Source: Balanoglossus misakiensis
Lineage: Eukaryota; Animalia; Hemichordata
Assembly: GCA_040954595.2 (NCBI GenBank)
Contig: CM082598.2
Location: forward strand, 5,285,097 to 5,349,096
Direction: 5' to 3'
DNA: 64,000 nt
Positions 1 to 13,335 of the stretch are shown piece after piece (position 1 is the stretch's first letter; each line of letters begins with the position of its first letter). A program made the position numbers and the translations under genes. The notes below the pieces were generated by a model that saw only the letters and a program-made list of their open reading frames with translations, ran no database searches and was not told where the DNA came from.

Positions 1-41
1 ACCTGTCGTGTATCTTCGCGTCCATCATCGCCATGTCTGAT

Positions 42-46
<5 letters not shown>

Positions 47-76
<30 letters not shown>

Positions 77-83
77 TCCCTCT

Positions 84-127
<44 letters not shown>

Positions 128-152
128 ATTTTCTTTCTCCCTTTCTCTCTCT
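47..152. repeat. (CT)n microsatellite
   Basis: Visible CT tract with some CTCC interruptions. Confidence 0.95.
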
Positions 153-208
153 ATGTCTGTCGGTCTGCCTATCTCTCTGTTTGTCTCTCCGCATGTATTT
201 CTCCGCAG

Positions 209-3118
209 ACCATACTGGTGGACAGGAACCCAAAGGATTGCCTGGTCTCCCTTCTAGGCTGGCACGCATCAACCCGTTTCCTAGAACCCATCGAGTGGGA
301 CCAACTCGTCGATGCGTACTTGCGAGGGCACAGTAAGTTGGCTACGCAAACACTCAACAGTAATACGCGACAATGTGTAATAATAAAACCATACCGTGAC
401 ACACGGAATTTCGTCCTTCAATTTGAGGGGTGCCAGTATATTGATTATTTTACGCAAATCAGCACCATGTTTAAAGGGACAAAGTCTCTCTCTCACTGCC
501 CTTTTTCCATCCATTAATTATGTTTGATACAACACACTGTTTATTATTCTACATGTGGATATATAGTTGAATCAACGTTCGACCACACACAACTTCCATC
601 CCACTTATAGACACGAGAGTGAAAAACTCACCAAAATGAATAATCGGTCTGTACCATTTATTCATTTTGGCAAGTTTTTTACTCGAGGCTCACATCCTAC
701 AAATGATCATTTGAGAGCTTTCACCCACCTGTTGCTTTTGCCTGGGAGCGCCCTCAGGCGACACGATATGACTGACCCAATGCTTCGCTCCGTTGCAGCT
801 GAATATGGTGATTATTGTGACTTCACGAAAGCGTGGGCGAAATACAAGGACGAGCCCTGGTTACTGTGGCTGCGATTTGAAGACATGAAGAAGGTACATG
901 AGAAACAACCTTGAATAGAGATTACCGTAAAACACTTTATTTACGCGAATTGAAATTTTCGCGATATCGAGAGAGGCCACTGTTTTGCGAGTATTAATTT
1001 TCGCGTTCTCTTATTTCATTCACTGCATCGTTATCTTCAAAAACAATTTATGCGACTTTTTATTTTCACGCTATTTTGGCTCTCGCCTATTTGACGAAAA
1101 TTAATTGCTCGCGAAAATGAAGTGTTTTACAGTATTTTCACGGGTTCCTAAAAGCGCCACGAGCTGCCGAGAACGTGCTGTTGAATGACGGCATTTGTCA
1201 TGAAACTGTTCGTGATTGATGACTAAATGCATCCGAACTTAAAGGCACATGAGCTGCAACTGGATAAAAAAAATTAAGCTTCAAATATATGCTTTTAATT
1301 ATGTCTATTCAATGATATTTCATGACAGTTGATCAAGATCGACACTTATTTATGACAAAATGGCCAAAAATTAAAGAAAATCGAAAAATCCTGCAATTTT
1401 TAAAAAAAGTGCAATTTTGCAATGACAAAAAGAGAATGTAATGTCTTCTAGTGAATGAGATTATGCATTGTTTATGGCGTCTCATAGTGGGAAATGCAAC
1501 GTTTTCATTGTTTCTTACATTTTCCCACGGTGGCGGCCATGTTCCTTTGCAGCAAAGCTTTATTATATATCTGGTTAAAACTTGCATATGCCCTCATACT
1601 GTGTGCCTTTAAAGATAACATGGACAAATACAGACACTTCGACAATCGTAAAATATGACCCACACACAAGAATCTGCACTACAGCGTTAAATCAAAACCA
1701 AAGTGTTCTGTTCGGACAAGTCTAAACGTACACTCTACCGACAAAGAGGGCTTTACGGTTTTTAGAGGTTAACTTCAATGAAGGTACGGGTGACCTATGC
1801 ACAGGAACGAGATGACCTACATTTGCAGGCGAGTCATACTACTCAGTCTATCAGGCGACTTGTCGCACGATATCAGTGTTATCAGTACATGTACCTTGTT
1901 GTACTTGTAAATTATCAATTATTGGCATAACGCGTCTTTGGTAGTATATTTCGGCCAGCCATAAAGTCACAGATGAAAAAAGCAAAGATCTTTAAAGATC
2001 TACTAGCTGCAACTTTTGCAACGTTTTCAGTATTATTGTTTTGTGTTTCTACTGCAGTTTCTTGTTCGAATCGCTGAAATGTCCAATATTTACATTATCA
2101 ACAAAACATATATGTGTATAGTCAGTATTGTTCTTGTGTAAAATTTGAATTCATGTCCGGACTAGAATTAATTTGTCAACATTAACAATGGCAGGATATG
2201 GTGACGAGCAGAGTACTGGGTATATAAGCATGCTGTTTGGCGTAGAACAAGAATTGTATTTGGTACATAGAAAAAAAATCACGAAAATAAAATCAGAAGT
2301 CACAGCTAATGTCCCTTCAAGTTCGGCTTTTGGGGCAAGATTGAAACTTGCATATTTTTGCATTAACGACTGCAATATACGATTTTCTGTGTCGTTCTTT
2401 TATTTGCCAGGACCACAAGGGAGTCTGCAAACAAATAGCCGAGTTTATGGGCAAGACGTTGACAGACCAGCAACTGGATGAAGTGGTGCGTGTCACCGAC
2501 TTTAAATACATGAAGAAGTTCAACGAGACCATTAAAGGCCGCGAGATGTATCTGCGTCCCGAGGGGGTGTGGCAGAGAAAAGGTAACGGCGGCGCGGGGG
2601 GGGGGATGGAACATCACTTAGGGGGTCGTTTCTGTTTAACTTTGCTGTTGTCTGTGATATAGATTTCACTGGCTTGAATTTACCAGGCTGAAAGCCAACC
2701 AATCTGATCACGAGGACACTGACACTTTCTCTCGCACTTAGGGGGTCATTTCTGTTTAACTTCATCTGCAATATGCAAATAATGTAGGCTTTAAAAATAC
2801 CTTTCTGAAAGCCAGCTTAACTATTCACGAGGACACTGACACTTTCTCTGATTGGTCTATATATAATTAAACATTCGAATTAATTTGCACGACTTTCAAA
2901 CAGTGCCGCACGTACGTATAAAGAACCACCTAAAGTCGGGGAGTGTTTGTATTCTTCGATTACAAATTTCTGATTCTTAACAAACCATCTTCTCTGTTTT
3001 ATCTACAGGTATTACGGGCGACTGGCGGACCGCGTTCACTGTCGCACAAGACGAGGCTTTCGACAAACTCTACGAAGAAAAAATGAAGGGATACGAACAT
3101 CTGAAATACAAATTTTAA
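209..3118 (+). CDS. Cytosolic sulfotransferase (SULT1-like), 3' part; upstream exons lie outside the window
   Basis: Exons 209-332, 799-893, 2411-2582, 3009-3118 join in frame across GT-AG introns. Translation TILVDRNPKDCLVS...TEYGDYCDFTKAW...LRFEDMKKDHKG...QRKGITGDWRTAFTVAQDEAFD...YKF* contains the 3'-phosphate-binding RNPKD motif and the RKGxxGDW motif. Confidence 0.93.
471..700. mobile_element. MITE family A (fold-back, TTAA-AGGGACAAAG ends), truncated copy
   Basis: Begins TTAAAGGGACAAAGTCTCTCTCTC and matches the left half of the full copies at 17623, 37831 and 52373. Confidence 0.8.
923..1134. mobile_element. MITE family C (about 210 bp, TA-flanked, Tc1/mariner-pogo-like)
   Basis: TA-C(C/T)GTAAAACACTT...AAGTGTTTTACAG-TA terminal inverted repeats; 8 copies in the window. 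Confidence 0.85.
1239..1612. mobile_element. TTAA-flanked MITE with AGGCACA termini (Kolobok-like)
   Basis: TTAA-AGGCACAT...TGTGCCT-TTAA short inverted ends; single copy here. Confidence 0.55.
2019..2172. repeat. Dispersed repeat fragment shared with about 23720-23893
   Basis: Both loci share CAGTTTCTTGTTCG...GTCAGTATTGTT...AAATTTGAATTCA.GTCCGGACTAGAATT. Confidence 0.7.
2616..2850. repeat. Local tandem duplication, about 120 bp x2
   Basis: CACTTAGGGGGTC.TTTCTGTTTAACTT...CACGAGGACACTGACACTTTCTCT occurs twice. Confidence 0.75.
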
Positions 3119-3290
3119 CCTTTAATATAATTTAAATGTAAAAAAAAACTTAAATCAAGGTATTTCTCTCGGAATTACATGTAAGCGGATTTTTCTGTCA
3201 TTAGTCATTGCTTACGTATATGTTATTGCAATTTCTCTGTGGAAAATTAACTTTCCAATGCAAATTCTACTGAGGTCATCATCATCTTAA

Positions 3291-3325
3291 TGCGCGCGCA
3301 TCCTCGCACAAAAAAGATGGCGGCG
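3291..3325. promoter_or_regulatory. NRF1-like palindrome next to a YY1 consensus
   Basis: TGCGCGCGCA at 3291-3300 and AAGATGGCGGC at 3314-3324; motif match only. Confidence 0.35.
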
Positions 3326-5189
3326 ACCGATGTCGTGGACAACACACACTTTTCTCGGATTGATTTGTTCCTGACAATAACACTTTACCAGACAATTTGA
3401 CAAAAATTGCTGTCTGCATTTATCTAAATATTTTTAATCGCGAAATTAAATAATTACAGCTCCAGCTTCTAGTCTACAACATTAAAACTCTTTACGGAGA
3501 GGGGTTACTTGTGGTCAGAATGTACAGCTTTTTTCCTTCTATGAAGAGGAATAACATAGCTTATTATATAGGCATGACTATCGACATCAACACTCATCAG
3601 AATGGTCGCCTCACAAATATTCCATGCATGCTATGCCATATTACATTTCATCTACAGCTCTTTGATGCTATGACTAGATTACAAACATTTAAAATACAAT
3701 TTCTCTTGCTACCATAATGAATTTTATCATTTTTTCGTCATTTTATGAGCCAAGGTCAATCTGTAGCTGACGATCAATGGATTGTCTGTTTTGACAAGTG
3801 CTGCCTTACTGAATAAACGATAGAAATTTTGTAACTTCTGTTAGGGTCGCTCTTTGTATGAATGAATGTTGTCTGGTGCTCTCCCAGGTGAGCGAAGAAC
3901 GAATGGTCTTTAATAGGGGGTTCAACCGTAATGAGAACCCCCATTCAAAGGAATTTAAATATGAAATGAATTTTTGAATTTGAATTTGAATTTGAAGAGG
4001 ATTACTGTGATTGGCTGTTATACCGCCACCTGATATAAGGGCGCAATGTTGCGTTTAGTATCAGTAGTAAATTTATAATATTTGTATAAAGTTATGATTG
4101 GCTTCTAAATGTCACATCAAATGTCTAAATTTCTTCTGCAATTTTTTTTTACTTTTGGCGTATATCTTCGAGTATATAAAACCTTCGTCTGCAAATTTTA
4201 GCAATATATGTCATTTCACTGAAATGTGTTCAATTGGAAGAAAATTCAACTCGCTGGGAAGAAGTCTACTTAAGCTTAGACCTTTCCCACACTTCCATAC
4301 CAAAATCAAACTAAAATCCTCTGAAATAATCACGACTAATGAATTTACACCACATTAGTTCATGGACAACAATAGGATGTCATACTGACCAATCAATACG
4401 TCCGCCTGGAGCTGAGACTTATTCGGGTTCCTCTACATTACTGCACGGAGCTCTAAAAATAGAAATTACAAATTTTAGTCAGACGGCTGGTAGTGACAAT
4501 TTGACAAATAAGGGAAATGATTTTGCATTTCCGCAAGCAGTACCAGCACATTTTACATTGCAGACAACACAATACTACAAAATGACGTGATTATGGTATT
4601 CATCGTTTTTAAAGCAAGAATTAATTTTTGCGGGTATACTGGTTGAAATCTCGTTCCCCGCATTCTCAGCGTGTTGTAGGCGTGTGCATGCTTTGTATTG
4701 CCACTTGCACGGTGTCATGGCAAAGGGAAGAAGATGGATATCTTTACGCGTCTGCACCGTGGTTTTGACATGTCTGGCAGGTTAGTGAAACATCTCACAT
4801 AATGGCTAGTCCACGCTGGGCATCCTTGTGTTCCCCCTTGAGAGACAGTCATTCACATTTGATGCTTTTGGTGTAATTTCTTCTGATGTTCTTTTCCCCC
4901 TGAACATTCCCAATTAATATATAGGTCTACACCAATCGTAGTACATACAAGTATTCACATAATAAGCATATGTACATGATGTGAGTTGAATCTTTGTCTG
5001 TAGTTGTAGTAACCATCTACTGAGCATATTTCAATGGGGAAAAATAACCCAAAGACTTACAAATAATTTGTTAGAAACAGCCTTAAATAATATCTTCAAA
5101 ATCAGAGGTGTGTACTTTAATAAGTGTTCTCGGACGTTTCATTTTAGTCCAGAGTGCAGTGGGTTTAAAATCTTAATTCAACGTTCCCC

Positions 5190-5225
5190 TGACGTCATTA
5201 TATTCCATTACCGGAAGTGACGTCA
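5190..5225. promoter_or_regulatory. CRE plus overlapping ETS-CRE composite motif
   Basis: TGACGTCA at 5190-5197 and CCGGAAGTGACGTCA at 5211-5225, upstream of the first identified oxidase exon. Confidence 0.45.
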
Positions 5226-5756
5226 GCGTCAAGCAGTAGTTCTGTTTCACTCATGATATGATGTGTTATGTGTAATACAATGAACAACGGTCACGTGGAC
5301 AATTCACTTCCTCTGAATCATGCAAATTTCGTCATTGCCAGGGTACCCTTACAAAATATTATTAGATCAAGATTTTGGGTCAAACAATTTTTAACGGCAA
5401 ACCTAGCGTCAAATATTAAAGTGGTTTGGCTTCTGAACTGCGCATGTGCGAACTTTATCTTTATAAAACGTGATATAGGCTGAGTTCCTACTGTGCCTGA
5501 CCATATATAGGCATATGTTAATTAGAAGTGCCACGGACCGTATACCTTTATGTGACAAGAACATCGATCGATACCAGTTAAATTCGCCCTTAAAGCGGAA
5601 ACATTTACTCCCTGGCATTGACCTCATTTGCATACTAAGGTTCACCAAAAAGGGAAGCCTCAAAATACACATTTGTACAAAATGCCTCGTTTTTTTATTT
5701 TTGATTAATCCTAAATAATCCTGCTTCCCCTTTAATCCTTCGTCTGTCCACCTCAG

Positions 5757-8700
5757 CCATTTTCCCGCTCTCTCAAACGGATAGCCACCCGTGTCGAAGA
5801 GAATGCGAATACCCACCGCGGCCTCGGACGTGTGAATATGACTTCAGCATGGACTACTTCTTCTCAATGGGGTCCATTTGTCAGAACTGTCCCTTCAACC
5901 TGACGGATTGCGCCACCAACCGCTGCCTCCCATTGGACGGCGTCGGGAGGGCGGTGGTCGCCATTAATGACGTCATTCCCGGCCCCGCCATTGAGGTAGG
6001 ACTGGCTGAAGAAGAGCCTTATGATGATTTTAGGACTGCCACCGCTTATATCAATTTTTTGCTTTTGTCCTAGCTTATCAGGAAAGCCCATGAATAGATA
6101 TAACTATCACTGTTTTACAGACAGATATTGGTCCAGACAAAGTTAAAAGCAAATATTAAGGAACAAATAATACGTGTTGATTTGTTTTATAAACTACCTA
6201 TCTGAAGTCAGGATAATTTAGAATTTACAGGTCGTTTGACTCCGTGGTTTTAATCGATAAAATAAATTAAACAAATTGTCGATATTGAGGGCAGCAATTA
6301 ATTTTGCTATCGGAATTATTTTGCAGGTATGTCATTACGACATCGTGGTCATTCATTTGACCAACAGCATGATGACGTCAGAGCATACTACCATTCACTT
6401 CCATTTTCAAAGGCACGTCGGATCGCCTTATATGGACGGGGTTCCCATGGTTACCCAGTGCCCGATCCCGCACGGAGAGAAATGGCGCTACGAATTCGTC
6501 GGCGATCCGGCTGGGACCCATTTCTGGCACTCACACACGGGCTATCAGCGCGCGGACGGAGTGTACGGCGCCCTCATCGTTCGCGAACCGAGCCAGGCGG
6601 ACCCCTTGCGTCCGTTCTACGACTTTGATGAGAACGAGCACACCGTTCTGCTGCAAGACTGGAGTCACGACCTCGCGGTCTCGCTCATCCTGAAACGCAT
6701 ACACATCTACGAGCCCATACTCAGCGACAGCATCCTGATCAACGGCAAGGCGGCAGGGGGCGGAGATGGCATAACCCTGACGCCGAGGGCGCAATTCTCC
6801 GTCAAGAGAGGCTTCCGTTACCGTTTCCGTCTCATCTTCAACGGGGTGAGTGACTGTCCAGTGTTCGTGTCTGTTGACAATCACACTCTGACCGTGGTCG
6901 CCACTGACGGAAACGCGGTTGAGCCTTATCCAATCGACAAGCTTGGAATGAGTAATGGCGAACGCTTTGATGTTGTCATAACAACAGACCAAGAAGTCGA
7001 CAATTATTGGGTGAGTACATAAGCAGCAGTCGCTGCATATAACCACATTGCATTTATTTAATTTTTAAATGACATCCAATATTAATATTACTCACAAACG
7101 TTTCAAATTCTACAGTTTTTGAAAGTTGTATTATGCCAAAAATTTTGGCGTGTTTATTTCGAGAATTGTTGGTTTCTGCGAGTCCACTTTCTAACCTTAC
7201 AGTCGTTTGACGTCATTGGAATAAATTGAAAGTTTACGTCAAACGCCTTCTGCTTGTTCTTTATCACAGGATTCTATACATTCGTGGTCAAGTAAACATA
7301 ATTATTTCACTGTGTGTTTTAAGTAACTTCAGATATACATGCTCAGGGGGGCTACTGGATCTGTGCATGAGATGCTACCACTCTGAACTACAAACATAAT
7401 GTGCCAAAAGTGTTAATCCTCCTTTAATTATCCTGTCTCCCCTTTAAGGTCCGTGTTACCGGAGTTGAGCCACATACCTTTGATCTAATATGCACAAACG
7501 TTTCATCAGAAGCCATCTTGCATTACCAAGGAGCACCGGAAGATGGCATTCCCGGCATGCCCCTCGACATGACTAGACGCGGAATCGTGTTGAACGACCC
7601 CCACAAACCACGAAGCGAGTTGTACCGTCAAGTCACTGAATTGAGGGCGCTCGGTAAGCATTGCAAAGGCACGATGTCGATGTTAAAGGGACAAAGTCGC
7701 TAACTTTTGACATATTCTGTGTGATATGGGAGTAATAACTCGCCCAAAATGAATAAATAGTAGAGAATGATTATTCATTATGGCGAGTTTTTTTCACTTG
7801 TGAGTCTACAAGCGGGATGGAAGGTGTGTGTGGTTGACCGTTCATTTACTACATATCCACATGTACATTAACGTAACGGTGTCTTGTATCAAACATAATG
7901 GAAAAAGGGGCAGTGAGAGAGACTTTGTCCCTTTAATTCACTAAGGATATGTGTATTTTTCTTGTCAGTTCGTAAGCTTACAGACATAACTGAAATTTTT
8001 GACAATTTGTTTTTCATGATTCATTCAGCTCCAAACGACATAACTTCAGGAAAACCGGATGTGACGTACTACATGGGTTTAAACCAAATGTCATATGTTA
8101 GGGGCCAGATGAACGTCGCTCGCTACAATTTCATTGACGGGATCTCGTTCAAACACCCTAAGACGCCGTTGATTTTCAAGCAAGATGACCAACCTACAAT
8201 TTGTGACTACGATGAAGTAAAGGACATGAAAAATTCTTGTGACCTTGACGGCGGAAATCCAGTATGCCAGTGTACATATTTAATAAATGTTGAATTAGGA
8301 TCGGTAAGTCATATGACTAAATCGCAATTCATAGAAAAAATATAATTTAAAATTATATTTGTAAAGAATGTTTTCTCAAGTGAACCTATCTTAGGAAGTT
8401 TCCGCTTGATAACATTTTATGCGTTTATCCCATTATGTTGGCCAAGGAACAGCAATTGCTGCTGATTGTAATATATGTTGATCTCACAACTTTCTGAGAT
8501 ATTCTAAACATGTATACCCATTAAAGGAATACGGTCACCTCCAATTTACATACGCTCATATATGGCTGAAATGGCGTATTTGGGCGTTCTAAAGAACATA
8601 TGGTGGCGCTCTTTTTTTCGCGTGTGCCACCCACTGAAAATCAGTGATTGGCTAGATCTCATTTTGCCATGGTAACTATAGCTAATTTTCAATGGGTGAC

Positions 8701-10638
8701 CGTATACTTTTAAAGCAGCATTCAGTTGTGTCATAGAAACACCCTCACGTGTAAAAGGATGGGCTTATTTTTGCTGAACACATGCATTGAAATTATTTCC
8801 ACGAGAACAGACAACTTTATTCTGGACTCAAAACTCAATCCTTGTGTGCAAACATTTCATGCATTGAAGAAAATAACAAAAATCTCTTAGTGAGTACGGT
8901 AGTCAGATAATCATGAACAAAGAGGTAAACAATATTTTAAGATCGCTTCAATGTTGGTAATAAAGTGTGGATTTCCCTGCCAGGTCGTTGAGGTCGTTGT
9001 TGTCAATGAAAACAGACAAGTCAGAGAGAGTCACCCGATGCATTTGCATGGCATGAACTTCCGGGTCGTTGCCATGGGAAAGGTCAACTACCCACTATAT
9101 AAGCAAGAGGTCGAGCTAATAGACAAAATAGGTGAGTTTTCTAGATTTATCAGAGAATGCAAAAAGTCAGGAAATGCTTCACTGTAGCTGAAATCTAAAT
9201 TAATCTGCAGTTCCTAATTACATATTTTCCAATGTCAATACACACACACAATACATATTCATATAGAATTTGATATTCAGTCGTCTGCTGGCGCTTCTGC
9301 ACTCCGCGACTGAAGCACTAAAGGTCAAAGGTCGCAAAGCGCCTTCGCCGCGCGCTCAATGTAGCGCGGGCGGACGACAGAACCACAGCAGTCTTTGATT
9401 TCACTAAATGCGCGGTTAGAAATTTTGTTCGTAAACTAAGGACTGAACAATTGAAATGGTAGTCTTCCACATCTCGGCTGCACGCTGACCAAATTATAAC
9501 TTGTCCCTTGCCGATCCTGACCCAGCAAAGAACAGAGCGACCTAGCTAAAGGCAGGTAGCCTACATGTAAAATGAACTACTACGACAAATACCAATTCAC
9601 TGAAAAAAAATCTGCTTGCTTGAAAGTGAACAGAGGATTTACTCTGGCTGTGATACTGTTTACTAATGATAGTGTTACTTGCGCGAAATTCCTAGCCTAA
9701 CTGCGCAAAAATTACTGGAAAACATAAAAAAATTATACTCACAGGTATCTCTGCCCGACCCGCGCGCCGGACAAGAAATTGTGCTTATTTATTTACGCAC
9801 GGTATTGTGCAACTTCCGGTATCGCACGTGTTCGTGTAGTGACTGCCCTCTCCCGTTGCATTTTAGGTCTACTCGATCGCAATTTAGACCATGCGGTGAT
9901 CAAGGACTCCGTTACCGTGCCGGCTGGTGGATATACTGTGCTCCGTTTCCATGCCGACAATCCAGGGTACTGGCTTTTCCACTGCCACATTGAGTTCCAT
10001 TCCTCGGTAGGTAAATACCAGGAAGGCTTGAGTTCTCTATGACGTAAGGAAGGTGAAAGGTTAAAAAATACATTCGGGGTCAATGAACTGGAGAACCCCC
10101 AATCTGGCCGATTGGATTAATACCTAAAGGAGAGATTTTTTCCATCGAGAGGGTGGGGAAAAAACAACTGTTACGGAGAAAATCCTTCAAACGTTACCGC
10201 TTTTATCTAACTGAATTATGAAAGCAGCTTTGCCGTACAAATAACATGCAAGTAGCCTGGTCTCCATACCCAGTGTGTTTTAGATAGACTCACACGCTAG
10301 ATCTATCTAAAAACACTGGGTATGGTGACCAGGCTACATGCAAGGGACTACAATCATTTTTTTTTCATACAAAGCAAGAATTGCAGATTGTCTGTGTGGC
10401 AGTAAGGAAGAAAATGAATATCTGAAACTCCATGACAACACATATCTAAAAAATGGTGAATTGCCGGAAACGATTGAATATCTAGTCATTGAAAAACAAT
10501 GGAAACGAAAATCTTGACAATGTCAACTTTTGTATTACCTACTCACAGGATGGTGGCATGGCATTGGTTTTCAAGGTTGGCAAAGACAAGGATATCCCGG
10601 ATGTACCTGAAGATTTCCCTCGATGCGATTGGCCGTAG
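5757..10638 (+). CDS. Multicopper oxidase, animal laccase type; first (signal peptide) exon not identified
   Basis: Exons 5757-5995, 6327-7010, 7449-7653, 8029-8303, 8984-9131, 9867-10006, 10549-10638. Cys-rich N-terminus HPCRREC; copper motifs HFHF(...[12 protein letters not shown]), [22 protein letters not shown]; C-terminus [17 protein letters not shown] at 10706-10711. Confidence 0.92.
7683..7936. mobile_element. MITE family A, internally deleted copy
   Basis: TTAA-AGGGACAAAGTC...GACTTTGTCCCT-TTAA. Confidence 0.8.
8521..8713. mobile_element. MITE family B (about 190 bp, TTAA-AGGTATAC ends, Kolobok-like)
   Basis: TTAA-AGG.ATACGGTCACC...GGTGACCGTATAC.T-TTAA; at least 11 copies in the window. 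Confidence 0.85.
10245..10344. mobile_element. 84-bp hairpin element with TAG...CTA ends and 8-bp target duplication
   Basis: CATGCAAG [TAGCCTGGTC...GACCAGGCTA, 10253-10336] CATGCAAG. Confidence 0.85.
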
Positions 10639-10734
10639 ACAGTTCCTAATAATTTGATGCAGTCAAGTGTTATGGTGAAATTTCACTGACCAATAAGCGA
10701 AGTATAATAAAGAAACGGCCATCTTTTTTGTTGA

Positions 10735-10917
10735 TACAGTCAAACCTGCGTTAGTGGTCACCCCTATATTGTGGTCACCTCTATGTAGTGGCCATTTTGT
10801 CACAGTCCCTGTGCAATTCACGAATATTAATTAACCTCTATATAAAGGCCATATCTGTCTATAAAGGCCAGTTTAGGAAAGTCCCTTGACTGGCAACTAT
10901 AGACAGGTTTGACTGTA
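10735..10917. mobile_element. MITE family D (TA-CAGTCAAACC ends, Tigger/pogo-like)
   Basis: TA-CAGTCAAACCTG...CAGGTTTGACTG-TA; close second copy at 53096-53278. Confidence 0.85.
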
Positions 10918-13250
10918 AATGAAGTCACGTGCGGGGTTGAATTCAATATTCAACAATAACAATACTCATTACCATAAAGGGTCTCTGTTAGAAAAAAAAA
11001 TACTGACAAGCCACTATTTATGTTTTACAGTGTATAACCAAAACAAAAATGCTGAGAAAATAATCCAAAATCTAAGATGTTGGAGCTTCTTTTATCACAT
11101 GCAATTTAATGTAATACCATCCAGTATGTTTCGGACTATGTTTGAATCACAACGGTGTTAGTAAACCGAAGGACACTGTACAATGCAGTGTTATAGTGTT
11201 TATTAATTTGCTTATGTAACGGCCTGGATTGTGGTCATTTTGCGTAATATAACCAAACAATGCAAAGCTTGTCATTATGAAACTTTCTACAGATGGCATG
11301 CCATTAATTGCTCTGAGAATCATTAGCAATGTAATGTTAATTAACCATTTACCTGCATATTAATTAAAACAATTACTACTTCTCATTGAATGAACAAAAC
11401 TCGTCTCTGGTAATATTTGAACTTCGTGTGAGAATTTTTCATTTGCACAGCAAAAGGGACACATACTCTTCCCACGTTCCATTTAGCATGTCCCGAGTAC
11501 TAGTAACTCACCAGGTCGGAACCATGAAGTCAAATTTTGACAATTGCATGGAGATATGCATCATCGGCACATGAAAGGCCATTTCTGTCAGGTCACATGA
11601 TGCCGGCCAGCGCGCCATGAACCATACGTGCATGCAAATGTACGCCTAGACTGCAAATGTATGCCTGGACACATTAAAATTATTCTGGCATTGGTCTCCA
11701 GCTCACACGCATGTGTAGTTGTTCAACTTATACACAGAATGACCGAAACGATGACAGGGCGAGTGTTAACAGCCGCGGTGTGCCTCCTATTGTGGTGTAC
11801 AGTTGGTGAGTACTTCGGACATACATATTTTCATATTGGCCAGTTATGTGCAACTTTCCTAGTGTCAGTTACTAGTGGATATCTTTCTACCTGTTCGATT
11901 TGTCAAACAGCCGAATAATAACCAGAAAATTATCTAACAGAAATTATTTAAATGTATTTCAAGGTTATTTTGGTGCATGTTATGTTAACCAAGTTAACGA
12001 TACGCAGATTAATATTTTTATACCGCCACATTTGTAGAGATAGTCAAACATAACATCCTTCGACAACGGATAACCTTAACATGTTATTGCTCGCTGTTTT
12101 GACTTGATATGTCGTTTTATCGGTGAATCAGCTGGCCTCTGCGTGGACCTTGATTGGCCTATTGTTACACACGCCATCGCCAGGTTTATACATTGGTTTT
12201 GGTGTCACACAAATGCAATAATATTATGATTGTATAGTAATAATGCGTTGTATCCACGTGCAGGCTATGAGTTGACTTTTGACAACCGCTCATTAAGCAT
12301 ATTTCAGTGGGGAATATTTGATTCGCGACACCATTACTATATAATGACAAGAATGCAGCAAAAATAGAAATTGGCTTTCGCAAAGCTTCCAAAAATAACG
12401 GCCATTCGGGTTCCACAATTGGAGTGGAATTACACACTCTTCGTTGTCGTATGCCTGCGATGTTGTGTTTTCACTTCGAACGGATCTCTGACCTTGACTC
12501 TCACAAAACATTTGAGTAAAAATGAAAGAAATGGGCAACGTCTTCGGCAACTTTCGGTACCTAAGGAAATCGATTAGAATGAACCCTGTCGGAGAAACGA
12601 GTCGACGGACGTTTTCCGTGCCATGGCACATGTGGCACCCGATCACAAAACAATCAACGGGAAAAGGACTGACTGTAAAAAGGTAAATTTTGGGTTTCAT
12701 GAATATTTGTGTGTCTGTATATATATTCTGTGATTCATACGATTTTACTGGACGAATTCTATGACTACATTTTGCACATTTTTAGACTGCAATCCCATGA
12801 CACGTGACATTGACTGCAGTTGTCGTCTGCTTCCGTTCCACATATTTTGTTTGAACTTCTACCCCCCCCCCCCACTTTGAGCATGAATCACGCGTTTTCT
12901 TGACACCCCACATTCCACATAGCACTTGGTTTTAGATAACTTTGCACATTTGCACATTTTATTTTCAGATAATCCACCACTTCACATGATAGGCACGTCT
13001 GAAGACACGTACTTGACGGGCACCGAGCACGTTGTTGTGTGCACAACATGAGCCACCAGTTAAATCTGACCAGATGTGAACGAAAGTGACGCGGAATCAC
13101 GTGGTTGTGATATTTAAATTTAAAGCAATGCAAAGCAAAGCAGTGACTGTACATGTATTCTAGGAAAGGAACTGGAAACCGCTATTCAAGTGATAATAAA
13201 CATGATATCCATGTGCATCGACTCCGACTCACATTTTATTGCACAATTGT

Positions 13251-13252
13251 AT

Positions 13253-13335
<83 letters not shown>
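13251..13335. repeat. (ATTT)n microsatellite
   Basis: Perfect tetranucleotide tract. Confidence 0.95.

Noticed and set aside
3866-3893. Candidate first exon of the oxidase (ATG TTG TCT GGT GCT CTC CCA G/gtgagc)
   Set aside because: The phase fits but it is too short to supply a signal peptide and has no independent support.
6531-7046. Long antisense or alternative-frame ORFs over GC-rich exons (also 15230-15544, 22359-23234, 52850-53182)
   Set aside because: Shadows of codon bias in the real + strand exons, with no recognisable domains.
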